A stretch of 64,000 bases of DNA from Acanthaster planci (lineage: Eukaryota). Shown here piece after piece: positions 40,701 to 62,084 of the stretch. The stretch lies in the NCBI RefSeq assembly GCF_001949145.1, contig NW_019091361.1, forward strand, positions 4,150,164 to 4,214,163. The letters are read 5' to 3'. Within the stretch, counting starts at the first letter, position 1; each line of letters opens with the position of its first letter. Position numbers and translations under genes: made by a program. The notes under the pieces are model-generated. The model did not search any database, was not told where the DNA came from, and worked only from the letters and a program-made list of their open reading frames with translations.

Positions 40701-43700
40701 TGTATTGACACAAAGATGACTCATGGCTGTTAAAGTTGCCTATATAATGTATCATCAAGCTGATTTAGAAAATTAGTCAGAACTTAAGGAACTGGAACCT
40801 AGTAAAGTGTCGGTTCAACCCATTGAAAGATAACAGTCATTATGAATACCTTAATTAAAATCTCCCTGTGCACACAATAAAGAATATAGAACCAACAAAC
40901 TACGTCCTGAGTTTTCTTGACTGCATGCTAAATGCATCCTCTTAATTGAAACAAGGCTTTCACTGTCAAGGACGCACCACATGTCACAGGTGGCCCCTCA
41001 ATTACTGAACACGCAGCCTTCCGGAACGGAAAGTCTGATAACTCTTGCAAGTGGTAAAGGTGATGTCATCTAAACAGAAGGGTTGAGAGTTGTCACGTCT
41101 CTCAGGTTGCAAAGTGTTGCATTTCAGGCCTTTAGTTTCTGGGTGAAGTCACAGTGGTCTAATTAAATCCCACCCAGTGGCACACATGGTCTAGATTCTG
41201 GGGCTTTCCCTCCTCATAATAAACCTACCAAATCTGTATTGGCATTTTTATCATGGTCTATGCCCCTCCCCCCCAAAAAATGTTGATTACGTAGTACCAC
41301 ATTAATTCATTGTAGTCCCAATCATGCCTATAGTAATTGACCAAAGTATAAGGTGAATATAAAAACATCAGTGTCATATCAACAAGAGGTTGAACCCATG
41401 AGCAAAATCCGAAGCCTTCTCACTGACATACATGTGCAAAAAACAAAGACAAATCAAAATATGAGCTTGATATGACAACAAATTATTAGAGAATTGAGTT
41501 TCACAGTTTAAGATTTTTAGTGAACAACTTGAAGGCTTTCATGAGCATTTTGAAAGTTTGTAGAGAACTCCCTGTTCTGTATTCTGTGGATGGTTGCAGT
41601 AATGTGTGAAACGATCAAGTCAGTCTTTGAGCAGAAATGTTCCAATGATGGTGCCATGGAGAAAAACCGGTGGTTGTAACTGTTTGATATTTCAATCAGT
41701 AAGCTTATGATGTATTTAGGAGGTTTTTATTCTTAATGGGAGACTTTGAGACGCTGGTGGCAGCAGACGTACGTGCCGGTCCTTTTTCACAGTTTCACAT
41801 GTGCTCAGAACTATGCTTGCAAGCTCAGAACAATGCGCGTGTGCTCAGAAAGGACCAGTATGCTTGCTGCAACCAGATGTCTCAAAGTCTCTCTCTGTGA
41901 TTTTCAGAAATACTGTTTGCAGCTCAGATATCTGACAGTAAGATATAAGTGGCTAATTACATGGAAGTCCTGTCATCAGGGAACGATGCTTGGAAATGTC
42001 ATCGTGTCAAATCATGGGTGTCTTCATGTGTGCTGTAAAATTGTTCATTCATAGCTATGCAAAGGATATAAAGGAGTGGATTTGGGAGTATGCAGCCCAG
42101 CGTGGGTACATTACAAGCTATGGCGTCGACAACAACAGCGGTTTGATGGGTACCAGGACTCACTGTAAGGTACTGGGCTAAATGTCCCATGGGACACTCG
42201 GGTACAGGGCTAAATGTCCCAGGGGGCACTCGGCAGTGCTCACATTTTTTTAAAGGGGCACCAGAAGAAAATAAACTGCAGCTGCATTTCAACAGAGACA
42301 AGTCACAGATTTCGAATGGGGTGGAAGGATGGGGTACCCAGGGGCAGGGACATCCACTGGGGGGCATGTGCCCCCGTGTCCCCCTTTAGTTATGCCACTG
42401 TCCCCAAAATGGAAAGGATTGCCTTTTGCACGGCAAGGAAATCTGACATGATTTGGAACCTTTTCTTTCTATATCAACCACAGACATGGCAAATGTTTGA
42501 ATATTTTGCTCAATTTGGAGTACCATCGAGATAATTGTCATTTTTGTCTTTTAGAAAATGCAGCCAATTAGTTCACAGGCAGAAGGTTTTTGAACAAGGG
42601 GGCTATTATTATTGTTATCATTATTATTATTGGTTTCTTTTCCCGGTAATGACTCTTCAATAGCACCGTAGGCACTGTAGCTCGCAAGCTTGAAGAAACC
42701 TGTAAAGAGTAGACAATGAGAAGCAGTTACAGTTTAAGAGGTGGGAGGAAAACCCCAGAGGAATATTCTGAGTGAAACCCACGGAATCGAGTTTGGACAG
42801 AAAACCCAATCCACATGTGGACCGAGCCTTGAATCGAAAGTAGTGAAGCCCGTCTAACCAGAAAACTTTGAACAATAGAAAGAGCAAAATGAGCAATAAA
42901 AAGACCTATTTGAATAATAAAAGAGAAAAAGAGCAATAAAAAGAACAATTTGAATAATAAAAAGAGCAATTTGAATAATACAAAGAGCAGCTTGAACAGT
43001 AAAAAGAGCAAAAGAGCAATAAAGAGAACAATTTGAATAATACAAAGAGCCGTTTGAGCAATGAAAAGAACAATTTGAACAATAAAAAGAGCAAAAGAGC
43101 AATAAAAAGAACAATTTGAATAATAAAAAGAGCCATTTGAGCAAGGAAAGAACAATTTGAATAATACAAAGAGCCGTTTGAGCAATGAAAATAACAATTT
43201 GAACTATAAAAAAAGCAGTTGGAATAATACAAAGAGCAAATTGAACAATAAAAAGAGCAATTTGAATAATACAAAGACCTACTTGAACAATAAAAAGAGA
43301 AAAAGAGCAATACAGAGATTAATTTGAACAATAAAAGAGCAATAATACAATGATGTGTTTTACATTTAGGTTCCACAATAAAGAACAACAGTAACGCTCT
43401 GCTCTGTTTGAATTTGTAAAACCGTATACATGTACATGGTAACCGGATGTAAAACACCAGTTCAAAAGATTTTTTATACCCAACCCGACCCCCCATAGCC
43501 AAAACAGTTTGTACAATTTTGGAAACAGTTTCGAGAAATTGTTTTTCCCCTGAAAAGTTTAGGGGACAGAAAGGCAAGATGACCTTTCAAAATTCAAATT
43601 ACTGAGATTAATATTTTGTCATTTCTGTTTTCCTTTTTGTGATTCTTCAAGGCTTGTCATTATCGACCTCCGGTACTGCCACATGTCGAGCATGGCTGGC

Positions 43701-46700
43701 AAAAGAGAGAGAATGAACAGGTAATGCGTCTTTTTCAAGGGGCAGAATGATGCCCAGTGCAGATTGGGGATCAGTGTTGCAGAGTGTGGAAGGGGTTGAA
43801 ATAAGTGCATATGGTCCAAAGTTCATGGTGAATAGCTAGAATTGTTTCAATTTTAAACAGGGAAGGAACAGAAAAGTCACTCATTTTCCTGACAATCTGT
43901 ATCGCGTCATGCTGTAATGAAGTCTGTTTAATGATTCAGCACTTTTGTTTCAGTAGTTGATCCAAATTCATTCAAGTAGAGGTATGAAATTCAACACAGT
44001 TGGCCATGATCCTTTTTCACTTTCCCTAGGTATTCCTGTAGTGCAGTAAACCTGGATCGGCTACCATGAATGAAGGAGACCCATCTGGAGCCTTCTGATT
44101 GTGTTCGAAATGAGGGTTATAGGTAGAAATGAATAGGGAGTCAAAAAAAAATTGGCAGGACAGGAAAAGCTGATTGAGTTGCTTCCAATTTGCTGCAGGT
44201 GAGGCCCAACGTCCTGTCTGGTCTGTGTGATGGCAACCATATGCTGCATGAGTACATTCTCAACTACACCAGGGATTTCCTGAAACACCCCTATCCAGCC
44301 AAGTGGGCCGCACTGGATTTGAACGCAGGGCACAGGTGAGGCCAAATATCAGAACAATACAATGCAAAAACATTTTCCTCCCAAAATGATTTTCTAGCAC
44401 CAAGTATTGTGTGCTTGTTTTGTTCATTTTTGAAAAAAAAAATTAACCGACAAAATAGACCTAAAACATGATGGCGACATGCTTTGTTCACATGTGTGCT
44501 TTCCTAAGGAAGCTTGATGAGTCGTGTTCCACCTCACTGCCAGGGGAAGGGCACATGGAAACAAAGTGTAACATCGTCATGTTACATCATGTGCAGCAGG
44601 AATCATGTTTGCTTGAAGATCACAATGGCTATTCAGCATTTTACCCAATGTGCTTTACAGAGCAAGATGGAGAAATCAACAAAGTGAACCCAAGGAAATG
44701 ACCTCAACGTACTCCTCTCACCAAATGAGACGATTAAGTCACAAGCTCACTGCTGGATTCTAATGCCGCTTTTCATACTATACGAATAGACCATTCTCAC
44801 TTACCTCACATATTTGTTAGAAGTACCGGTAGATTGCTACATTCTGCACTTTATTCACGACAGTATTATTTGTACATGGCACAAAAAGTGGCTTACTCTG
44901 CCATTCAGAAAGTTTCTTGTTTCCTCAAAGTGCAGCCTTACCTAAGGACAGACGTAGCGAAGCAGCTGGACTGTAATCTGCTTTCTACTTTTGTTTTTGT
45001 GCTTAATTTGGGCCTTCCACCAGGGGAGAGACAGAATCAGGCAACCAAGTGGATGCGGAACTGGCAGTCTTCTTGGAAGATGTGTTGAAGGAAAACAGGG
45101 ACCTGGTCGTGGTTAGTTCAGAATGTTCCATTGTCCAACCAGAAGAAATCATAATAAGAAATCAGTATTGAAGAGAATTACAACAAATGACTTGAGGCAT
45201 TTTGCCACTGACAAGATTTGTACACTGTTGGTCAGCTGAAGAACCCAGAGTGTCCATTATTAATGACTGAACAACCAACAAACAAATCTTTGTAACAATC
45301 AACAACCCAACCAATCCATCAGCATCCAATCAACACAATGGCCAAGCAACATAAGACTGTTCAAACTAAGCAATCAAGATCATGGATGTGTCAGGTTCTT
45401 CAGCGCGATTTTTGCAATTTTGGTCCCAGTTTATTTTAGGAGATCATGGCAAACCACTGCATAAGAACCCCTCCCACCTTGGCAGCTACTACGAGACACT
45501 GCTACCGTTTCTCTCTGTCCTCATGCCAACCTGGCTTCTAAGAGAGCGGCCTGATATCATGGCAAACCTCATAGACAACCAGCAACGATATATGGTAACG
45601 TTAAGCCCTCAGTGACTTTTCAATTTTATTTTTCTTCTGGTAAACAAGAAAAAGTTGTGGATTTCATTGTTGACTTAGTTTTGAATTTTGCCTTCAATTC
45701 TGTCACAGTTTCTTATCCGTATTTTGCAAAGTTAATCAGTCTCACTGTTTTATTTTACATCCCAGAATCGTCAAATTCAAGAAAATTAAAGGTCCAATGC
45801 CTTTGTTTCATGGAGGAAACAATATGAAGAAATATTCTCAGAACCCATGTATTTTCCAGTTTGTTTAAAAGTGTGTACAGATTGGGATGAACAGAGTTGG
45901 AGAAAGTGATGTAATATGGTGACTCTGATTGTTTTACTGGATATCCCAATTTCAACTTTGCAAAAAGCATCGCTGTACATGTTTGTCAGCACAGTTCCAC
46001 TTGATTGTAATAACTTTGTCCTTACAAGGTCCACGCTGATTTGCATCTGAGCATGAAGTCCCTCCTCCATTATCCTAATATGGGTGAAGTGGACGGGGCC
46101 ATCGCTTCCAAGGCTGTCAATGTCTTCACCGAGGTGATCCCCCAAGAACGTTCCTGCGAGCAGGCCAACATCCCACCTTGGACATGCGTATGTGGCTTTA
46201 TGCAGGTAAAGATAAGATCCAAGGCACCACTTCCTGAAAAATACCGAAATCAATGATTCTTTGCAGATATACAGGGTTATAATTACGCAGTGACCATCTC
46301 TATTCAAATTTGCCCAAAAATAAAAAAAGCTGTAGCCCTCTGGCACTAAAAATCACACCAACGTGGTATTTTAAAGGAAAACCTGTTAAATCTTCTGCTG
46401 TCAGAAACTGCCTGAATCACATTGGACTCCGAGGCACACTACCATGGTCCAGAAGACACTGGGATACATCAACGCCATGCACAGCCTCAAGTGGCTACAG
46501 TCCTCGGACACCAGTGCCTTGGGGGATGCAAGGACCTCCTGCCTAGACCTCCATCTCAGGCGGATCCTCAGTGTCGTGGTCAACGAGAATAAAGACGAGG
46601 ACTTGCATTCCGCTCGGCATTATGTCTACCGCTTGACCTTCCAGACGATTGAGGAAGACACGGTGTGGTCGGTTGTAATGGACAGTGACATGGATATAAA

Positions 46701-47587
46701 GCGGGTGAGCGGGTTTCATAGATTCCTTGCCAAAAAAACAGAAAATGACTTGTCTTCGAGTTTATTTCCCGAGGTTTTACATTTAACAATTGTGGCTGGA
46801 GATGATGAGGCATAAACAAATCGGACAACCAAAATTAGAAGCCATTACTAGGGGCCATCCTATTTGCATGCAGGCGGCGCGCGCGCGTGCAAATTACTCC
46901 TTGACTAATAGGCCGCACTCAATAGCCGAAGTGCGCATGTGCTCTCTCAGGTTGAGACAGCTGCGTGAGTGTAAACGGCCCCTCGGAGTGGCATCTCGTC
47001 GGATTCCTCTATACTGGCAGCAGTTTGCTTACATGTTAAAGCAAAGCCTGCATTCAGTGAAACAATAAGGGGAAGTGGTCTAAATATATGTGAAATAGTA
47101 TTGACGTGGTTTGAAGTTAACATCACTAACTGAGCTTTTGCTTTTTCATAAGCACATCAATAATTCACATTTCTATAGGTACTTTAGGATGTTCTCAGAG
47201 TTAACATGCTTCTCCTTAGTTTGTGTTGGAAAGACTTTGGATATCTTTGTGACCCAAATTCAGAGTGTATTCTTATACTTCAGTATTTTTCAAAAGGTGC
47301 CAGTTGGCCCACAACGCATATGCATGAACGTGAGGTATCTTAGCGCTGTTGGGGAGTGCAATGGCAATCGTTCCACTTAAATTGGCTTCCCTCCTCAACT
47401 GTTTAGGAACTGAATTTGCTGAAGATGTTAACATTGATGTCTCCTTCATTCACAGGTCAGACAGATTACGCTCTATCAGCCTTACGATGTGTGCTGGGAC
47501 AGGCGAGTGCCCCTACAATTCTGTGTCTGCAATAAGGCCTCCCAGCCAACTCCATCCAAGCTGTACCGACCACGGTCAGTCACGTGA
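19805..47587 (+). CDS. DUF229 family protein (alkaline phosphatase/sulfatase superfamily fold), N-terminal signal-anchor, about 756 aa
   Basis: Phase-consistent exons 19805-20144, 30923-31109, 36251-36427, 38967-39193, 40075-40231, 42055-42169, 43652-43720, 44199-44335, 45024-45111, 45430-45594, 46029-46205, 46405-46704, 47456-47587 (TGA); total 2271 nt. Motifs: MRRLRYLFVLLLIFISQVVVFIGL anchor, VLDSMSRAQAHR..LPKT, STLLNLTPLFSG, FILGDHG, ETLLPFLSVLMPTWL...NLIDNQQR, IPQERSCEQANIPPWTCVC and a terminal FCVC. Extra small exons in the 10.8-kb first intron cannot be excluded. Confidence 0.88.
20916..21369. mobile_element. hAT-like MITE with a perfect 8-bp target-site duplication
   Basis: TSD TGTCTAGC at 20908-20915 and 21370-21377; TIR CAGGGCTGAGTC ... 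GACACAGCCCTA; subterminal GAATA/TATTC repeats. Confidence 0.8.
26115..26473 (-). pseudogene. Decayed RecQ-like (SF2) helicase N-terminal fragment, probably transposon-borne
   Basis: Minus-strand translation across stops and frameshifts gives EFKPFQR*AIEASLHGRDIFVS(L)PTG..S..FQALPFAW...SIIFVISRLTAIMKNQMETLRKL(G)V. This matches the RecQ Q-motif, a disrupted motif I and motif Ia (VISPLxALMxDQV). Not present in the ORF track. Confidence 0.75.
28563..28702. repeat. (GGCT)n tetranucleotide microsatellite
   Basis: About 35 near-perfect ggct units; they explain the WLAG-repeat ORF. Confidence 0.97.
31216..31438. mobile_element. hAT-like MITE with CAGTGGCGTAGC termini
   Basis: TIR CAGTGGCGTAGC ... 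GCTATGCCACTG; flanks gggaggga/gggaggag form a near 8-bp TSD. A related right end (gttatgccactg) ends at about 42400. Confidence 0.7.
33796..33971. mobile_element. Small MITE-like element with an 18-bp imperfect TIR
   Basis: GCTACAATCCTGGACAAA ... TTTGTCTAGGATTGCAGC (2 mismatches). Confidence 0.55.
40341..40696. mobile_element. Palindromic Tc1/mariner-like MITE (long inverted repeat)
   Basis: Arms of about 165 bp are imperfect reverse complements (cagggcgtatcaaaataaaggaaaccc...gtcacagttgaatgag versus ctcattcaactgtgac...gggtttcctttcttttgatatgccctg). CAGGG/CCCTG ends, TA on the right flank. Confidence 0.8.
42715..42862 (-). mobile_element. Degenerate tRNA-derived SINE
   Basis: The minus strand reads ctggttagacggg..ttcgattcaaggctcggtccacatgtggattgggttttc...ctctggggttttcctcccac: a B-box-like TTCGATTC followed by a typical SINE body and tail. 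Confidence 0.55.
42865..43345. repeat. A-rich minisatellite, about 21-bp unit (TTGAATAATAAAAAGAGCAAT-like)
   Basis: Many degenerate ttgaa(t/c)aata(a/c)aaagagcaa units; they explain the long low-complexity minus-strand ORFs. Confidence 0.9.
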
Positions 47588-50500
47588 TACTGGTCCCACT
47601 GACTGGTAGTTCCAAATGTTCACTCAGGATGTCACCGGTAAGAGCGACTGGTCCTCAAGCTGGCATCTTGAACCGACAGAAAAAATGGGGGGGGGTTCTA
47701 GTGTTACAAGAAGCTAAAGAAATGAAGTTTGGTGATACAATGCTGGGTGCACTTTGTATTTCAACCTCTTCATGCTGGAAGACTTGTAAACACACAGGAT
47801 TACCCGGAGGACTTTTAAACCAGTCTTGGCAGATTTCCTACGTAGTAGAAGATCTATACTCGTTTCTATACTTGAGTTGTACCCATTGTGTCTGTACATT
47901 CATGGAGACTGTATCTAGTTTGTGGAGGTTGAGGATGCCTGGAACCCTGATTCAGTCGTAAGCCACAGCTTAACGTAGCATATATCACTCAGTGACACTG
48001 TCTTGGATGTTAACAAAAGTAATGATGTGGTATGAAATTTTTGCACGTTAAACAAATGACCACCAAGGGCCAGCATTTTGTAAAGGACTGCAGTCTTCGA
48101 AACTTGTCATTTTTAAAAGTAGGTATTTATTGCATCCTGGACAAGTTCATTGTGAAATACTAATAGCCTTTGATAACTGAAATGATATCATGGAAATTGC
48201 TGCAATGAACAAGCATTCTTGTTCCTGGTTAACCGAAATCAAATGTCATTACTAAAAGCATCATCAGCCTGTAATGTCTCTTAGCTGCCTCAGGGGTTAC
48301 ACAAATGCCTGTGATTTGTGTGTTTGCCTTCTGTTTGCATAATGGGTATGCAGAACTGCCTCAGGTTCAGCCATGAAATTGAAACAATCCAGTTCAGTTT
48401 TCTGATGCTGTGCTGCAAGTTGATGTATTGTTTGAAAAGCTGAAACCAAATGTAGGGTTAGATATATTTATTCAACAAATCTGTGGAACATCGTCACATA
48501 TATAATATATAGAGTATGTTCGTGAGATTGCAGGTTAATATTGCTCCCTTCTCTTTTGACTAAAATCTTTACCTACAGGTAAAAACTATTTGGAGGTGTT
48601 GTGAAATATTACTAGTATATAGTGTTATGTTGTATATTGGGGTCAAAAAGTAAATTTGACTTTACTATTTAATGTCAAATTATACAAGGCATATTTATTA
48701 TAGTTTCATGTTTCAGATGGAGCGCAATTTTTATTAAAAAACAGTTGAATAGTTTGATTCTTGTTGGTTCATTCGCTCACATGCTATGCATTAACATCTT
48801 TTAAAGATGCGCGTTAAAACAGCAGCGTGGAAGATGTCAGTGTTCCATCTGTGTTGGAAGAGTTCAGTAAGGACATACTTGAGGTGCTCTGAATTTTGCA
48901 AGACCGTAATGTTATTTTGTGCAACAGCCAGCATTCCTGTACGTGTGTGTTGTATTTACTTTGCTCATAAACGCATGTCTTGACAGGCATCTTGTTACCG
49001 GGGACTGTTTTTATTGTTGAAAGATGGTGGAATGAGTACAAGGACTTGAAGTGATGTTTCATATCTCATGGGTACCATGTGCAATCACGAACCTTGTGCC
49101 CTTTTGGCATTGAAAAATGATGACTCAAAGATCAATGAAGGTCACAACAAACTCCAAAATTTCCTGCCCCGGATGTCAAGTTAGTTTTATTGACAGACAT
49201 GAACATGACTTGTTGAAAGTAGCAGCACACTACATTTTTACATCATATACACATGCATATTCCCTTGTCCCCTGGGATGGTTGTTCTACTTTGTCAGTGG
49301 GACTCATTGCCACCAATGTCCATTACTCCATCTACGGTGCAAAAATTCCAAAGTGATTGAATCTGTAATTGGACATATCTCGCATAATGCCAGCTGGTTT
49401 ACTGAAGATCTGAGAGGCCTTTCCCCATTACACCTAAGGATGGTGTTCTGTAATGCATATCAACCTACCTCCCAAATGACAACACAGATCGGCGTGTATC
49501 TTGGACATTTGGCTGAGTCACTCCAACTGGCTGCAAGACATTGAACAGAGCATCCAACATCTTGGCAGTAAGCCAACCATGTAAACACCATAAAACATGG
49601 CAGGTTTTGGATGCCCATTTCAGCTGCCATCCAGTCCTGCATACACAATCACCAACGACCCCCCCCCAATACAGGCAATGCAAAAAACACATGCAGCGGA
49701 AATGCCTGTGTGATGTGTCAGTTTCTTTGTGCATAGTAATTCATCGTTTTCGGTGATTCATGTTCTCCAAAGACTCTTCCCCCCTCCCCGGCAAAGAGGC
49801 TCCATAATTGGGAGCCTGTTCCACTTACAGCAGCTACACTCAATCCTTGTTACAAGTCGTATGTTTAAAGATACAAGTAGTTATTTACCCTGTGGATGGA
49901 GAGCTTTGTTTCAGTTTCCAGAGAAGGCAAATGACTTCCTCCTTTCATAGGATCATAATTTATCTCGTGTACGACTTTATTTCTACATGCTTTTACTTGA
50001 CGCTTCAGGTTTGTGTGGGTTGCTGGACGGCAACTTATAGCTTTTATGCTTTAGTTACTCTGCCTGTTTCATCGTTTTATAATAATGACAATGATACTAA
50101 TAATTACAATGTGCCACAGTTTGATTTTAAATAGACAAACACACATGAACATTTCTATTCCTCAGTTGGAAGATCACTAGTATTAAACCCGGCTTGGCTG
50201 AGATTTGATGACAGTGACTTGATGTAAAATGAGAAGAACAACTTGGCGGCCAGAGGACTTTTTAAGCTTGACATGTTTGAGAGAGAGTATCTACCGGTAT
50301 GTGACCAGCCTTGCATAAACAAGTTTGTCATCACACACGTATCCGTCAAATACAACAAAAATTGGGTGAAAATTTATCCAACATTCGGATTTCTCGTAAT
50401 TATTTTCTATTCTTCTTAGATGTCCAGAGACATACAGGCAGATTAGGAAAGAAAGAAATTTAAGGGAGAAAAGTTGAACTTATATCCTGAGACATCCAAC

Positions 50501-51673
50501 AAAACCATTTTACACCTCATAAAACCTTGAAGTAAACCTCCAATTAACACCTTTTCAATGCTGCATTCTCCCTTTTACAAAAGGTAAACCAGCTTTAGTG
50601 TTATACATATGAAGCAAGATATGGGATGGAGAGCACTCCCCCTCACCTTTGTGTTGGTCATTGTTTGATCGGAATCTCAGGAATTCTTTACAGACTTCTG
50701 GGGGGATGTGTTAGGTAACAATACTCTAGAGTGTGTCTAGGGATTGGACAGGTAAGGGGGGTACCCCTCCGTCCCATATCTTGCTGCGTACAGAGTTGGA
50801 ACCAGCATCAGGTCCAGTGTTGTAATTGAGACCGTCACAAGACCAGGTACAAGACCAGCCAAGAGTAACTGCTTGAACATTGACAAAGGAATGTTTTTGT
50901 TGCAGTTCACCTGAATGGCTTCCAACTTGAATTCAGACTGGGGATCTTGTGTTAGTCTTGTGAAGGTCTTAAGGAGTCTCCGCCACAACACTGATTTAGG
51001 TCACACAACCCCCTCTTTTCTTGACAAGTCCAAAGCCCCGATCAGCCTAGCCTCGGTTCCAAGATCAAAAAAGAAAATACACCTTTGGGTACATAGGAAA
51101 AAGCACCCCTTCTTGGATTCTGAAGATCTGGCGTATGTGATCACCGCAAAGGGTGAACTGGTTTGGAGTTTGCTGATTCTCAGAGGCAGTGGAGAGTCAA
51201 GAAGAGTGGAGAGAGCTGGTTAAAAAGTCATCAGTGGTGTTCCAAGTGACCTCCTTCATGTTCTAAGATAGATAGAATCAATACAGCCCCACAGGACAGA
51301 TGTTAAGTTCAATATTTACACACACACACACTAACATTTACTGCAAGCTACCACCCTGCCCGCATCTTTGCTCCGCTGATGAGAATGGTGGGAAGGAAGA
51401 ACCAGCAACCGAGGACATCGCAGGCGCCAGGGAATCGCCAGTCCTTGCTGACCTTGGGACCGGCTGGGGGCCAATTTCATCTGCTTAATAGCAAACATAT
51501 GCTATGCTGCAAAGCAAAGACCGACTGGGAACCAGCTACAAGAAACATCCGAGTGTGTGATGGATTGGCTGGTAACCCATGTCTGCTGAACAAGTGTTTT
51601 CTGAGCCTAGCATGTTTCTGCGCATAGCAGCTCTGTCAGGCCCAGGGCCAGCCCTTGCAGAGCTTGCCAGTCT

Positions 51674-61733
<10,060 letters not shown>

Positions 61734-62084
61734 TTTGGATGAATGCGTTCGTGTGTTCGAGAAATTGTATACAACGCGTTAACGTTGAGAAATAGAGCTG
61801 TATAGAATTCTCCAATAAGCCATTGGTTAAGCACGTGCTTCTCCCTCCTAGCGCTGGTTCCGCCAATCTGCGCCGAGTACCATCCTGACTATGCGTGGCA
61901 TGCATCATGTCAGCGAGCAAGCTGCACTGGTCCAGCTCGAGCTAGCTGAGTGCAGTGCAGTGACATACAGATCAGACGGCGCTCTGTGATTAGGCTGAGT
62001 GTTAACTGAAATTCAACTAGGCTTATTTACAGAGAAATTTGGTCTTTTTTTTCCTGTGACATTGGATCAAAACCATTGAATAGA
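61734..62084. promoter_or_regulatory. Compact bidirectional promoter shared by KAT5 and probable POLR3F
   Basis: About 350 bp separate the divergent ATGs. CCAAT/ATTGG boxes at 61812, 61822, 61863 and 62061; E-box CACGTG at 61832; YY1-like ATGGCG at the + strand start codon. Confidence 0.7.

Noticed and set aside
42727..43577. Long Leu/Phe- and Cys/Ser/Tyr-rich ORFs; repeat superficially array-like
   Set aside because: Products of an A-rich minisatellite; no unique spacers, so not CRISPR-like.
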